Shown here: piece by piece, positions 29,011 through 39,184 of the stretch | Layout: the number at the start of each line of letters is the position of its first letter | Position numbering within the stretch: position 1 is the stretch's first letter | Virus record (IMG/VR): IMGVR_UViG_3300027365_000007 | Origin: a virus | Lineage: Duplodnaviria > Caudoviricetes | Reading direction: 5' to 3' (one strand) | Length of the DNA: 64,000 nucleotides | Position numbers and translations under genes: made by a program | The notes under the pieces: model-generated | Told to the model about the DNA's origin: nothing | Database searches by the model: none | The model's input: the letters and a program-made list of their open reading frames with translations, nothing else

Positions 29011-32000
29011 ATGCCTCTAGAAGTATACACAGTAAACAGTAATGGATTATACGACCCTTCACCGGATGAGTGGCCAGAAACTATGTGGTCGCCAATGGGT
29101 ACTGATACAGCAAATAGTAAAGCTATAGAATTCTGGTTTAAGTTCGATGATTTTATTATATTTTCTTCCGAACAAGAATATAGTTTACCCATAGCGTCTA
29201 TGGTATTTCACAATACCAATACTGACGAAATGATGTCTACCCAGCTAGGGATATTTCCACAGACAGATTCTGATACTCAAGAATATAGGGTAATGCACAT
29301 AGTTGATGGATATATGGACTATTCTTCTCCTATAAAGATCGAATCGGGCTTGAATCATTGCGTATTGACAGTGAACAATACGGTTAGTGGAATATCAATT
29401 ACTACAACAATTAACGGTTCGGTAGTAGACGATGTAACTGGTATCAACAGTCTGCAACCTGATGGATCGTATGATTTTTACGTTGCAACCATTGGAAATA
29501 CTACTAATCAGGCGTTGCCTGTTGTTGACGAATTCGCAGTTTATAACACCACACTATCTCTGCAACAAATCCAGAATCATTATCAAGCTGGTATTTCAGG
29601 AGGCTTGACTGTATCTGAAAAGAATGAGTGGGGTGTTTTTGAGTATAATGCAGGCACTTGGAATCTAATGTACGAAGAACAGCCTGTGATTGACACTAAC
29701 ATGATTAGTGAATGTATTGCGTATAATAGTGAAGATAATTCTTTTATATCAAATGTTAAAATACACGATCCTATTAAGGGGTTCTTTGCCGGTGCGCCTA
29801 TGGAGGATATTGATTACATCACTGAATATGACCCAGTTAAATATAATTCTGAAACAAACCAATACAGCTCATGGGGCAAGGATAAGGTGGGTACGGTCTG
29901 GTGGGATACATCCACTATGCGCTATCTTGAATATGAAAATGGGAGCAGTGAAGATCGTATCAACTTCTGGGGTACGCTGTTCCCACAAAGTTCGATTGAT
30001 GTATATGAATGGAGACAGTCACCTGTAGTTCCATCTAACTACGAGGGATCAGGTACGCCTTATAGAACAGATGCTTATGTCTTCGAAGATTTTTATGATG
30101 AAGAAACAAATGAGACAACCAGATATTATTATTTCTGGGTTAAGAATACCTCAAGTATACCTGAAAATACTGATAGAAGTAATAGTATTGTTAATATTGC
30201 GAACTCTATTAGATACCCAGATAATAATGGTGTACCTTATATCAATTTCATAAACAATGAATGTTTGTTGTTGAATGACAATACAAACATCATGGTGCAG
30301 AATGATTTTGTTTTACAAGTAGAATATGAAACAAACAAAGATGATATTGATACCCATACGCAATGGACGCTTGTCTCTGAGGATGAGAGGGAAAGTGATA
30401 TTCCGCCATTCCTGTTTGATAAGATGATAGATAGCGTACTTGGATATACTGAAGCTGACATTAATGGAATTGTACATTCAATACCGGACACCTCGTTATC
30501 CGAATCTAGAAAATATGGTAATTTGAAAAATCCACGTCAGACATGGTTTGTGAATGTTAAAGAAGCTCGTCGAAACTTCTTTGAAGTTTTGAATGAATCA
30601 CTTAAAGGAATGAATATTTGGGACATTGAATTGTTTTGGGAAGAAATCAATGAAGATGTCTTGCGAGACACCGAATACTTTGGATTGATTGATTGGTACG
30701 CTGATGATTATGACCCTCTTACGATTGTTTCCAATTTGGTTAATAAGAGAGTAGATATGCTTACCACTCCATTGAACGATGGTGAGTTTATAAAAGTAAA
30801 TGAATCTGAAGGAAGAATGCCTTCTGTATACGAAGGTGGATTTACCATTTATCAATATCACCAAGATATCAATAGTTATGAAAAAGTGGGTCAAGCTAGA
30901 TCCGAGTTACAATTCAAAGAGGCATTCTACAGTAACGATATCAACGAGAATGACGCTGCAAGGATTCGAGATCTTCTTGGAATAGTATTTAATGTTTTCC
31001 TTAAGAAATCACGCCCTGAATATATTAACAAAATTTTCTATGCTATGGTTCGATACGTTATTAGTGAACAGCCAACAAATGACTGGGTATTCCCAAGCAC
31101 GTATATTAATATTAACCAAGAAACACGTAGTTTAGTTAAGAAGCGTATATATCAAGACGATAAAGAAGATGAGATCATTGGATATGTAACTGAGGCAAAG
31201 CCTTTCCATACAAAATTACGTGAAATTAACAAAATAGCTACTGGTGATATTGAATATAATGGATTCTATGTTACTGACTTTGATAAACCACCATTTATCA
31301 CAGATAGTCGGGAAATACTGAACTTACAAGAAGAAGTTATAGATACGATACCCTATAAAAAAGACTTGTATTATAACTTAAGCATTCGAAATGCTAATCC
31401 GGTAGAGTATTGGCCGATGAACGTTAAATACTCACCTTCAACTATAGAAGGTGAGTACGGTGTTAATTTTTACAATCGCGATAGCGACTTTGTTGCGAAG
31501 CCTAGTGGTATATGTTTCAACAACGGTTTTGAACTACATGGTCCTTATAGTACCGATCCAATTTCAGTAGAATCCAGTAAGATTACTATGGAAGCGTGGT
31601 TATTTGGTCATGATGTTTCGATATTGAACGGAACAACATCGTTTGATGTGTTGAATATCAATGTGACAAATAGCGATGACGTTAACGACAGTGTGGTTTA
31701 TAAGGTCGTGCTGTTGGATAACGCAGGTGTTGCAGAATATCGCGTACAAGCGTTCAGAGGGACTGTACCGTACCTTGATGAAGTAGTGGAACTAGAACCA
31801 AACGTCATGAATTACTTTGTGTTTGGAATTGATAACTCATCTGTTAATACTAAACTAAATCTATCGATCAATCGTGACGCATATGAAACCTTTGAATTGG
31901 GTAACTTTATAAACGTAAGTTCTTACTATGATGTATCCTTGGATATTGGTAGTAATGATGTACATTACTTTTATGATGAATTTGCTTTGTATGACCGCCC

Positions 32001-33939
32001 ACTAGATATAACAACAGTCGAAGACCATTATGATTATGCAAGTGAATATGTTCCACAGCGAGTATTTAAGTTAGAAAACTATCATGATCCAGCAAGCACT
32101 AAAGTTTATATCGAAGGTGTATTGCTGCCTAAAAGTGAATATAACATCACTAATAATGAATTGCGCCTAGATGAAGAACCGCCACGTGCGTATAGAAACG
32201 TGTCTAATGTTGTAGTGAAGTCTACAAATATCGCGCACGACCGAATCTTATCTGAGTACGATCAAGCACGTGGTTATTATGGTGTTGATAAGAATAACCT
32301 GAATGAATGGATTAGAAACGTAAACCAGAAACGTACACATGTAATGTTTGATCGTGTGAGTGTACTACCAACCCTTCCGTTAGAAGATCTTGTTGATAGG
32401 TACAATGACGTTCTTAGTTCCGAAACACCATTGAAATCTTTTAGTGAACAGTCTTATAAATTTAGAGGATTCAATGGAGTAAAGTTTACTGAAACTGATA
32501 GGATTGTGACTAATTTCTATTTTAGTGATCTAGAGACATTGGTTGATGAATCTTACAGAGAGACTGTAAATGCACCAGTGAAGAAGAACTTCAACATAGG
32601 CGATTCGTACACTGAAGATAATATTTCTGTATTTGTGGATAATTCACTGATTAATCCAAGAGATTATACCACAACAGTCGATAATTCTACATCAGAAATA
32701 ACAGTTTCCTTGCTATTCAATGTTTCGAAAAATAGTGTTTTCATAGTACGTCCAAAGGACAAGTACGAAGACTTAATGTTTAAGATAGCACATCATAAAG
32801 GTGTAGGTATTCCTTACAAGAACCTTATTGATATAAAAGAAATTGGATTCAAAGTAAATGAAAATTCATACCCAGTTAAGGTTGATGAGGGTGGTGAATT
32901 AATTCTTGATTCGGATTATACTGAAATGCTTTCGGAAACTGGACATGAGGCAAGTGTGAATGTTCTTTATTCTGAGTTTGATGATGTTACCGCAGATATT
33001 AAAAATTCTGATAAGTTCTTGCGTAATGCCGAAGAAGCAATACCTGAAGAAAAGACTGAACTTGGTATTAAAGAGGCGTTGGTTTTTACATTTAAAACCA
33101 ACCTCGAAATTATCCCAAGTGGTTATGAAACTACATCTGACTTGGATATTTTTGACACAGTGAATTTCACGGCATCTGGTGGTGAAACGGAATACCCAAT
33201 CAACTTAGGTTCTATTCCTAAAGAGCAGGTATTGGTTTTAGTCAATGAAGATGAGTGGGTTATAGAGGGCGAGTACACTAATGGTAAACACCACTATAGT
33301 TTAGAGCCTGATAGAATTCTATTTAATAAGCAATTGGAATCTGGCGATAAAGTCATTATTACTGATAGATATTCTGCATTTGATCGTTATCGTGGTTCCC
33401 AGATGAATATTCATAAAAACATTCAGTCAGGTGGGTATGATGGTAATATGGTTAAACCGGATTTTATGAATACCAGTGCTGATAGACGTGAATTCATTGT
33501 ATACACACAGGATGGAAAAGTCCATGCCTTTGAGTGTCCTGAAGATCAAGCTATAGAAGTAGGATACCATGTGACTTATTCACAGGATTCGATTGAATTA
33601 TCTGAGAATGTAAGTCCTAGCATGCAGCTCGCCAATAATGAGCAAGGTAAAATAGCGGTTATCTATGGACAGGAATTTGATGTGAACAATAATCTAGTCA
33701 GCACACAATGTGAATTTATTCACTATGCCCAAGCAAATGGTAATGTTATAAGTGAAATTAAACGCGGATTATTTGGTAAAAATCCAAAGAACTTTGATAG
33801 CAATAAATACATTATAAAGGTTTATCCACTAACTATTGATGATAACTTACCTAGCTTTACAATTACAGAGCCATACGTTGGTGTAACAGGAAAGTCATCA
33901 TATCCGAAGTACGGACATATCATGAGTGGGAAAGATTAA
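29011..33939 (+). CDS. giant baseplate/structural protein, C-terminal part, with LamG-like domains
   Basis: 1642 aa; AIEFWF...DEFAVYN.TLS...NHY at the N-terminus; intact LamG near 31370-32040; HDPIKG..DYITEYDP, EAKPFHTKLRE. Confidence 0.75.
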   Translation: MPLEVYTVNSNGLYDPSPDEWPETMWSPMGTDTANSKAIEFWFKFDDFIIFSSEQEYSLPIASMVFHNTNTDEMMSTQLGIFPQTDSDTQEYRVMHIVDGYMDYSSPIKIESGLNHCVLTVNNTVSGISITTTINGSVVDDVTGINSLQPDGSYDFYVATIGNTTNQALPVVDEFAVYNTTLSLQQIQNHYQAGISGGLTVSEKNEWGVFEYNAGTWNLMYEEQPVIDTNMISECIAYNSEDNSFISNVKIHDPIKGFFAGAPMEDIDYITEYDPVKYNSETNQYSSWGKDKVGTVWWDTSTMRYLEYENGSSEDRINFWGTLFPQSSIDVYEWRQSPVVPSNYEGSGTPYRTDAYVFEDFYDEETNETTRYYYFWVKNTSSIPENTDRSNSIVNIANSIRYPDNNGVPYINFINNECLLLNDNTNIMVQNDFVLQVEYETNKDDIDTHTQWTLVSEDERESDIPPFLFDKMIDSVLGYTEADINGIVHSIPDTSLSESRKYGNLKNPRQTWFVNVKEARRNFFEVLNESLKGMNIWDIELFWEEINEDVLRDTEYFGLIDWYADDYDPLTIVSNLVNKRVDMLTTPLNDGEFIKVNESEGRMPSVYEGGFTIYQYHQDINSYEKVGQARSELQFKEAFYSNDINENDAARIRDLLGIVFNVFLKKSRPEYINKIFYAMVRYVISEQPTNDWVFPSTYININQETRSLVKKRIYQDDKEDEIIGYVTEAKPFHTKLREINKIATGDIEYNGFYVTDFDKPPFITDSREILNLQEEVIDTIPYKKDLYYNLSIRNANPVEYWPMNVKYSPSTIEGEYGVNFYNRDSDFVAKPSGICFNNGFELHGPYSTDPISVESSKITMEAWLFGHDVSILNGTTSFDVLNINVTNSDDVNDSVVYKVVLLDNAGVAEYRVQAFRGTVPYLDEVVELEPNVMNYFVFGIDNSSVNTKLNLSINRDAYETFELGNFINVSSYYDVSLDIGSNDVHYFYDEFALYDRPLDITTVEDHYDYASEYVPQRVFKLENYHDPASTKVYIEGVLLPKSEYNITNNELRLDEEPPRAYRNVSNVVVKSTNIAHDRILSEYDQARGYYGVDKNNLNEWIRNVNQKRTHVMFDRVSVLPTLPLEDLVDRYNDVLSSETPLKSFSEQSYKFRGFNGVKFTETDRIVTNFYFSDLETLVDESYRETVNAPVKKNFNIGDSYTEDNISVFVDNSLINPRDYTTTVDNSTSEITVSLLFNVSKNSVFIVRPKDKYEDLMFKIAHHKGVGIPYKNLIDIKEIGFKVNENSYPVKVDEGGELILDSDYTEMLSETGHEASVNVLYSEFDDVTADIKNSDKFLRNAEEAIPEEKTELGIKEALVFTFKTNLEIIPSGYETTSDLDIFDTVNFTASGGETEYPINLGSIPKEQVLVLVNEDEWVIEGEYTNGKHHYSLEPDRILFNKQLESGDKVIITDRYSAFDRYRGSQMNIHKNIQSGGYDGNMVKPDFMNTSADRREFIVYTQDGKVHAFECPEDQAIEVGYHVTYSQDSIELSENVSPSMQLANNEQGKIAVIYGQEFDVNNNLVSTQCEFIHYAQANGNVISEIKRGLFGKNPKNFDSNKYIIKVYPLTIDDNLPSFTITEPYVGVTGKSSYPKYGHIMSGKD

Positions 33940-33950
33940 TAGGAGAAAAC

Positions 33951-34559
33951 ATGCAAGACAACGCCGGTATTGGAGTCACAGGTCACTTAAAAATTAATAG
34001 TTGGGAATTGGATGACGATGGAAATCCTTTCGACTTCACCAACCATGTAGATAAATGTAACGCAATACATGATGGTAATATGGTGTATGCTATCGCAAAA
34101 TCTATGATAGGTCAGGATAGCGCCAACACATTTGCTATTGGTTGGATTGCGTTTGGTGATGGAGGGTCAGAGATTGCAGAAACGGGTACTGTAACATACC
34201 GACCTACTAATACACAAAATAACAGAAATGAATTGGCTGATCTTCATCAGCGCGTGTATCAAAAGAAAATTGAAGACGAAGGGTTTAAAATGGAAGTTAG
34301 CCCTATTGTATATAACAGGGCTATTGCGGATATTAATGCGAATATCATTTTGCAACAAGGTGAACCGTTTGGGCAACTACCTATGGATAATGCTGTAGAA
34401 TTCAGTGATCGTTTTGTATTTGATGAGCTAGGCTTTTTCTCTAACTCAGACAATATAGAAGACTCATATATGTTGACCCATCTCGTTTTTCATCCCGTGC
34501 AAAAATCGTTAAACCGTGTCTTCGAGATTGACTACACTATTAGATTTGAAATTTTATAA
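33951..34559 (+). CDS. conserved baseplate-associated structural protein
   Basis: GHLKI..HVDKCNAIH, FVFDELG, LTHLVFHPVQKSLNRVFEIDYTIR; SD AGGAG. Confidence 0.65.
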   Translation: MQDNAGIGVTGHLKINSWELDDDGNPFDFTNHVDKCNAIHDGNMVYAIAKSMIGQDSANTFAIGWIAFGDGGSEIAETGTVTYRPTNTQNNRNELADLHQRVYQKKIEDEGFKMEVSPIVYNRAIADINANIILQQGEPFGQLPMDNAVEFSDRFVFDELGFFSNSDNIEDSYMLTHLVFHPVQKSLNRVFEIDYTIRFEIL

Positions 34560-34571
34560 GGGCTTTGAATA

Positions 34572-36038
34572 ATGAGCTATCGAGTTGATAGAACTGACGA
34601 ATCAAACACACCAATAAACGTAGAAATGTCAGTAACAAAACGACAGTTAGGTCTTACATGGGTAGGGCAATATTTCTCACGTTATGGCGAAGTACAAAGT
34701 GAAAACTTTTTACGATTATTGGAGAACTTTGCAAGTGATGTGGAACCTAACACATATGATGATGAGGGTCTTGCACTCAATAATGTAAAAGGTCAACTAT
34801 GGTATCATACCGATGACGTAGATAATAATCTACGTCGGACGTTGAAGATATATAACGACAACCGTAGCATAGGTACTGGTGGTTGGAAGCGTTTAGAGCC
34901 GATTATTAATAACAATCAGCCAAGTACACATGCTGAAGGTGAGATTTGGTATAAGCCTTCGGACAATAGTTTTAAAATTTCAAGAGGTAACCGATGGGAA
35001 GAAGTATCGGTACTAATGGCACATGATTCTGAACTACTGGGCGGAAATACACCAGATCAATACATTAGAAGCGACGTTAACGATACGGTATATGGTGTTC
35101 TAAGAACAAATGAGCTAAAACCAGATCGTCATAATGAATATGATTTAGGTAAAGGTAATCTGAGATGGGAAACAATATATGGTAATACGTTAGATGTGAA
35201 TTCCTCACATACTATATTACCTGAGTTTACAGATAGCTACGATCTAGGCGCGTCCAGTCGTCGTTGGAGAGGTGGCTATTTCTCTCTTATGGACTCTATC
35301 AACTATACCAATATATCCCCGTTAACAACAAATCAGTATTCACTAGGCAATGTGTCTAAATGGTGGAATGACTCTTACATCAGGACAATGCATGTTGACA
35401 ACGTTAGTACCTTTAAGCCAATAGATGCTAATTCTTCTATTGGTACACCAAGTGTACGCTGGGGATATACCTACTTTAATGTTCTTGATACTAATTCAAC
35501 AAAAAGCTTAGTACCTCTGAGTAACGTCCAATATTCAATAGGTTCAAGCACTAAAAAATGGTCTGAAATTTACGTTGATGTCATTCGTCAAGCGAAAACA
35601 GAAGGACTACAGCCACGGCTTAATAATACCTATGATTTGGGTACTAATGCCAATAAATATCGCTCATTGTATGTTAATTCAATTAAAAATGACTTAACTA
35701 TGTCAGGTGACATACAGTTCTCTATCGTTCAAAACGATGTATCTAAGGGCATTAGTTGGTCCGGGTTGTCTGATGAATATTCCATATATGTCGAAGAAGT
35801 AGATAATATTAACACAACGCGCCTCACCTTCGATATGCAGTCTACCAACGCAGACGATTATATTCTGTTTAAAGGATATAACGGTGATATTGCCCGGATT
35901 AAAAATGATGAATTAGAAGTTGTCGGCGGTGTATTAAAAACAAAAGGAAGTTTAAAAGTCGAAGATGAAACCACAACGAAAGGATGTGAGATGGTTTATA
36001 ATGATACAAATGAGACATTAGACTTCATATTTTATTAA
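34572..36038 (+). CDS. baseplate/short-fibre protein with repeats
   Basis: YGEVQSENFLRLLENFA...GQLWY N-terminus; six ~33-aa P....YdLG....W..Y repeats (about 35115-35685). Confidence 0.7.
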   Translation: MSYRVDRTDESNTPINVEMSVTKRQLGLTWVGQYFSRYGEVQSENFLRLLENFASDVEPNTYDDEGLALNNVKGQLWYHTDDVDNNLRRTLKIYNDNRSIGTGGWKRLEPIINNNQPSTHAEGEIWYKPSDNSFKISRGNRWEEVSVLMAHDSELLGGNTPDQYIRSDVNDTVYGVLRTNELKPDRHNEYDLGKGNLRWETIYGNTLDVNSSHTILPEFTDSYDLGASSRRWRGGYFSLMDSINYTNISPLTTNQYSLGNVSKWWNDSYIRTMHVDNVSTFKPIDANSSIGTPSVRWGYTYFNVLDTNSTKSLVPLSNVQYSIGSSTKKWSEIYVDVIRQAKTEGLQPRLNNTYDLGTNANKYRSLYVNSIKNDLTMSGDIQFSIVQNDVSKGISWSGLSDEYSIYVEEVDNINTTRLTFDMQSTNADDYILFKGYNGDIARIKNDELEVVGGVLKTKGSLKVEDETTTKGCEMVYNDTNETLDFIFY

Positions 36039-36050
36039 TAGAGACCTTAT

Positions 36051-37619
36051 ATGCAGATAAAAAGACTAAGTGGAATCAACGGCAATCTCTTAACAAATAA
36101 TACCCTACAATTTATAAACTTAAAGGGTTCTAACTCAGATACGTCTGGTTATGGACAGATGTTTATAAATGAAACGCAAGTTCCTTCAGTAAATGCCAAT
36201 ACCGGCCTATTTGTTGTTGTGATGGACGAATATCTCAATATTGAAGAAACACGTCGTTTTATACTTACTAACACAGCCGCAACTGGAAGGCGAGATGTTG
36301 ATTTTATTAATTACATGGGTACCTTACCGCCAAGACGATATTTTGCAATGATTAGCAACAACCAGATAGCGCATACCCCGATACTGGATGATTTTTTAAA
36401 TAATATACTTCAAAGCTCAGTATGGGAAGATATGTGGGAATATTACAACACTGGTTATAGTTCCCCACAAACTCTGGGGAAAATATCATATGTTGCATTT
36501 GGAACTACTGATTTAAACATTACTCATGAAAGCTATGCAGTGGGAGATAATGATGCAGGAATTACCGTTAATATTGATGGATATGATGTGTTCATGAACA
36601 CTGGTTATGGAAAGCCACTATACACATTAGATAAACAAAGTTATGGTTCGGTTACTACCACGTATACGCTTCAAGCTTCGGATATACATAGCGGTGGAAT
36701 TTATGTATCTTCTCGTTATAAAAATAATATTCAAGCGAGTGATATACAGATTGAAAAGGAATTAACAGACGGCACAATTACTACGTACAATGTTGCTCAA
36801 GACGAAACAAATATCTATAGAACAGATTGGGTACGAATAGTAAATGAACCAGATGTTCTTGAATACCGCATTAAGTTAACAAATGTTGATTTATTGTTCT
36901 TGGATATACATCGATGTAATCCTAATGATACTATTAACAACACTCCTTCTATTTCAAAACGCGGAAATGGTATGTCCATATCTTCTATAGAATTCTCAAT
37001 GAATGGATATAATTTTGAAAAAGTGGAACATTTGAGTAATTTCGCATCAATTGGTAACATTTACGATTGTCCTAATACAACAGTTGTGAATAACGTTCAG
37101 ATGGATTCGTTTTCACTCAATGGTTCGTCTGAAAGTAATTTTATAGAGGTAAATCATCGAAGAGATTATTTTCTTTCTTTTTTTGGAAGAAACAATACGA
37201 TTGATGATACTGAAATTAATATTGCGGTAAAGTCATATGACTCTGACTATAACCTAGTCGATAGTATATCGTTAGTAAGTCTGAACCCATCTGAAGCCCA
37301 TAATATGGGAACTATTACAAATTCAACGCAGGATCTATTCTATCAGGAATTTTATGTATTATCATCAGATCAATCAATAAACGATGCAGACGACACATTA
37401 TTTCTAGCTGATGATGTATACGGTAGTAATCAATACGGCGGGTGGTCTTCTGAGTCAACTGTTGTGTCAGATATCATAGTCATGAATAATAATGTGAAAT
37501 ATATTACCATGCAACTAGTCTCTGATAATGATGTTGAAATTATTAATCCAATTTGTGATATAGTCAAATTTGCATTATCAAAAGACTCTGTGTATATTGG
37601 AAATGTTAACGAGTCTTAG
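36051..37619 (+). CDS. putative receptor-binding protein with an ILEI/PANDER-like N-terminal domain
   Basis: TGLFVVVMDEYLNIEETRRF...DFINYMGTLPPRRYFAMIS resembles the ILEI (GG-type lectin) pattern. Confidence 0.5.
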   Translation: MQIKRLSGINGNLLTNNTLQFINLKGSNSDTSGYGQMFINETQVPSVNANTGLFVVVMDEYLNIEETRRFILTNTAATGRRDVDFINYMGTLPPRRYFAMISNNQIAHTPILDDFLNNILQSSVWEDMWEYYNTGYSSPQTLGKISYVAFGTTDLNITHESYAVGDNDAGITVNIDGYDVFMNTGYGKPLYTLDKQSYGSVTTTYTLQASDIHSGGIYVSSRYKNNIQASDIQIEKELTDGTITTYNVAQDETNIYRTDWVRIVNEPDVLEYRIKLTNVDLLFLDIHRCNPNDTINNTPSISKRGNGMSISSIEFSMNGYNFEKVEHLSNFASIGNIYDCPNTTVVNNVQMDSFSLNGSSESNFIEVNHRRDYFLSFFGRNNTIDDTEINIAVKSYDSDYNLVDSISLVSLNPSEAHNMGTITNSTQDLFYQEFYVLSSDQSINDADDTLFLADDVYGSNQYGGWSSESTVVSDIIVMNNNVKYITMQLVSDNDVEIINPICDIVKFALSKDSVYIGNVNES

Positions 37620-38089
37620 TATAGACTCGTTATTGTGTTGAATATGTTTTCAGCTTGTGAGAGAAGAGATTGTTGTTCTGATTCGGTCAGTGTAGCGTAG
37701 TTACTATCCAATTGCAGTGCAATTGCTTCAAGGGTCTCTAGACTCGCTGTTTCAGGAACGGCCACGTAACCATCAGGTAATACTAAACCATCTTTATAAG
37801 TATTCACATACTGTATAATGCCGTTAAATTCAGCAGGCGTCGATGCATGATCAAGTATGTCAGAAAAGCTTCGATCCCAATAACTGGTGTAATTAATGTA
37901 GTTGGATGCCTCTGAAATATCTTCGAAGATAGTGAATGAATCTTTACGTTTAAGGTATAGGGCATTCTCCCCCCAATCCCCTTTGCCTTTGGCAAACTCT
38001 TGTATATCTTGTTCAGGTACATCAGAGCTTATGTTAACTTCCTGCTTGGGTAACTGCACGGTCCAAACATCATTGATAAATTTTTTCAT
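37616..38089 (-). CDS. hypothetical protein
   Basis: 157-aa ORF with SD GAGG; last gene of the minus-strand operon. Confidence 0.65.
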   Translation of the reverse strand: MKKFINDVWTVQLPKQEVNISSDVPEQDIQEFAKGKGDWGENALYLKRKDSFTIFEDISEASNYINYTSYWDRSFSDILDHASTPAEFNGIIQYVNTYKDGLVLPDGYVAVPETASLETLEAIALQLDSNYATLTESEQQSLLSQAENIFNTITSLY

Positions 38090-38096
38090 ATACTTT

Positions 38097-38387
38097 TTAC
38101 CTTTGATCTAAAAACAACATAAGCTTGCGTCTTATATCGTTTAAGCCAATGTCAGAAAACCATTCACCCTCAACACGATTTTCACTAAAACAGTTGTGTA
38201 AATATTTTTCAGCTTTGTTAGCTTCTATACGTTCTTCAGCCCATTCGACATGTATCTTATCAGGGTTGCCGGTCTGTAATGATTTGATTCGCTTTTCTAG
38301 ATTATTACTTTTACAAACACCAATCTTATGGTACTTTTTGTCTTGACAGCTAAGTACGTAAAGTACGTTATATGTAAATTCTCTCAA
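38097..38387 (-). CDS. T5orf172/MUG113-like (GIY-YIG superfamily) protein
   Basis: HKIGV...EKRIKSLQTGNP...EKYLHNCFSENRVEGEWF. Confidence 0.8.
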   Translation of the reverse strand: MREFTYNVLYVLSCQDKKYHKIGVCKSNNLEKRIKSLQTGNPDKIHVEWAEERIEANKAEKYLHNCFSENRVEGEWFSDIGLNDIRRKLMLFLDQR

Positions 38388-39184
38388 AACCTTTCTCCGT
38401 TGTTATACCTATTTATCACGCTTGAAAATAGTTCTATTGGAGTCTTACCTGATTTTGAAATAATTTTCTTTTTATTAAGCAATAGATAACTCTTAGACAT
38501 TGCCATTATTTCATTGTTTGATTTTGAAAGAGTATCAGGAAGCTCTTTCATGCCTTTAGCAACCTTATACGTAGTCAATAATGATTTTAGTTCTGAGACG
38601 ATTTCGTTAAATATCTCATTTGTGAGGATATTGGCATTATCCTTCTCCATGCCTTTTTTAATAAATGCTGTGGTAAGATCCTGCGCAATATGTTCAATAT
38701 CCTTCTCATTGCTTTCTAAAACATCGAAAACAGCTTCGGCTACCATCTGTTCATCGTAATCAGTGCTTATCTTATGCATTACAATGTCTATTATTTCCTT
38801 TCGCCACGTCATATACCAGTCGTATATTTCTTCTGAGTAGCACATACGTAACGGTCCAGTAGGTAATAGAATAAATGGTGCACCATATGATGATGAACCA
38901 TTAAGAGTTGTATAGATCGAATCTTTCCTGAAGTTAATACCAAATTCACTATTAAAATAATCGTCCAGATAATTACCAAAGTAGTTATGTGCGCCTTCTT
39001 GTGGTGATTTATGATCTTCGGTAACTACAATGAAGTCTGTATCTATAGAATTGCTGTTATGATGCAATACCTTGTTAGAAGAGATACATTCTTCCATATA
39101 TGTGATCATATCTGGGTACTTTTCCATATGAAAAAGTAAAATGTCTATAAAATTCGATGGTTGGTAGATCTCGCTTATTTTCAT
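38384..39184 (-). CDS. hypothetical protein, possible internal head protein
   Basis: 266 aa; N-terminus MKISEI; ATGA overlaps with both neighbours. Confidence 0.65.
   Translation of the reverse strand: MKISEIYQPSNFIDILLFHMEKYPDMITYMEECISSNKVLHHNSNSIDTDFIVVTEDHKSPQEGAHNYFGNYLDDYFNSEFGINFRKDSIYTTLNGSSSYGAPFILLPTGPLRMCYSEEIYDWYMTWRKEIIDIVMHKISTDYDEQMVAEAVFDVLESNEKDIEHIAQDLTTAFIKKGMEKDNANILTNEIFNEIVSELKSLLTTYKVAKGMKELPDTLSKSNNEIMAMSKSYLLLNKKKIISKSGKTPIELFSSVINRYNNGERF

Noticed and set aside
28887-29013. Readthrough or T4 gene 60-style ribosomal bypass joining the two giant ORFs
   Set aside because: The ORFs are out of frame (121-nt gap), an in-frame TAA directly precedes the second ATG, no matching CGA landing codon was found, and a terminator, promoter and SD intervene.
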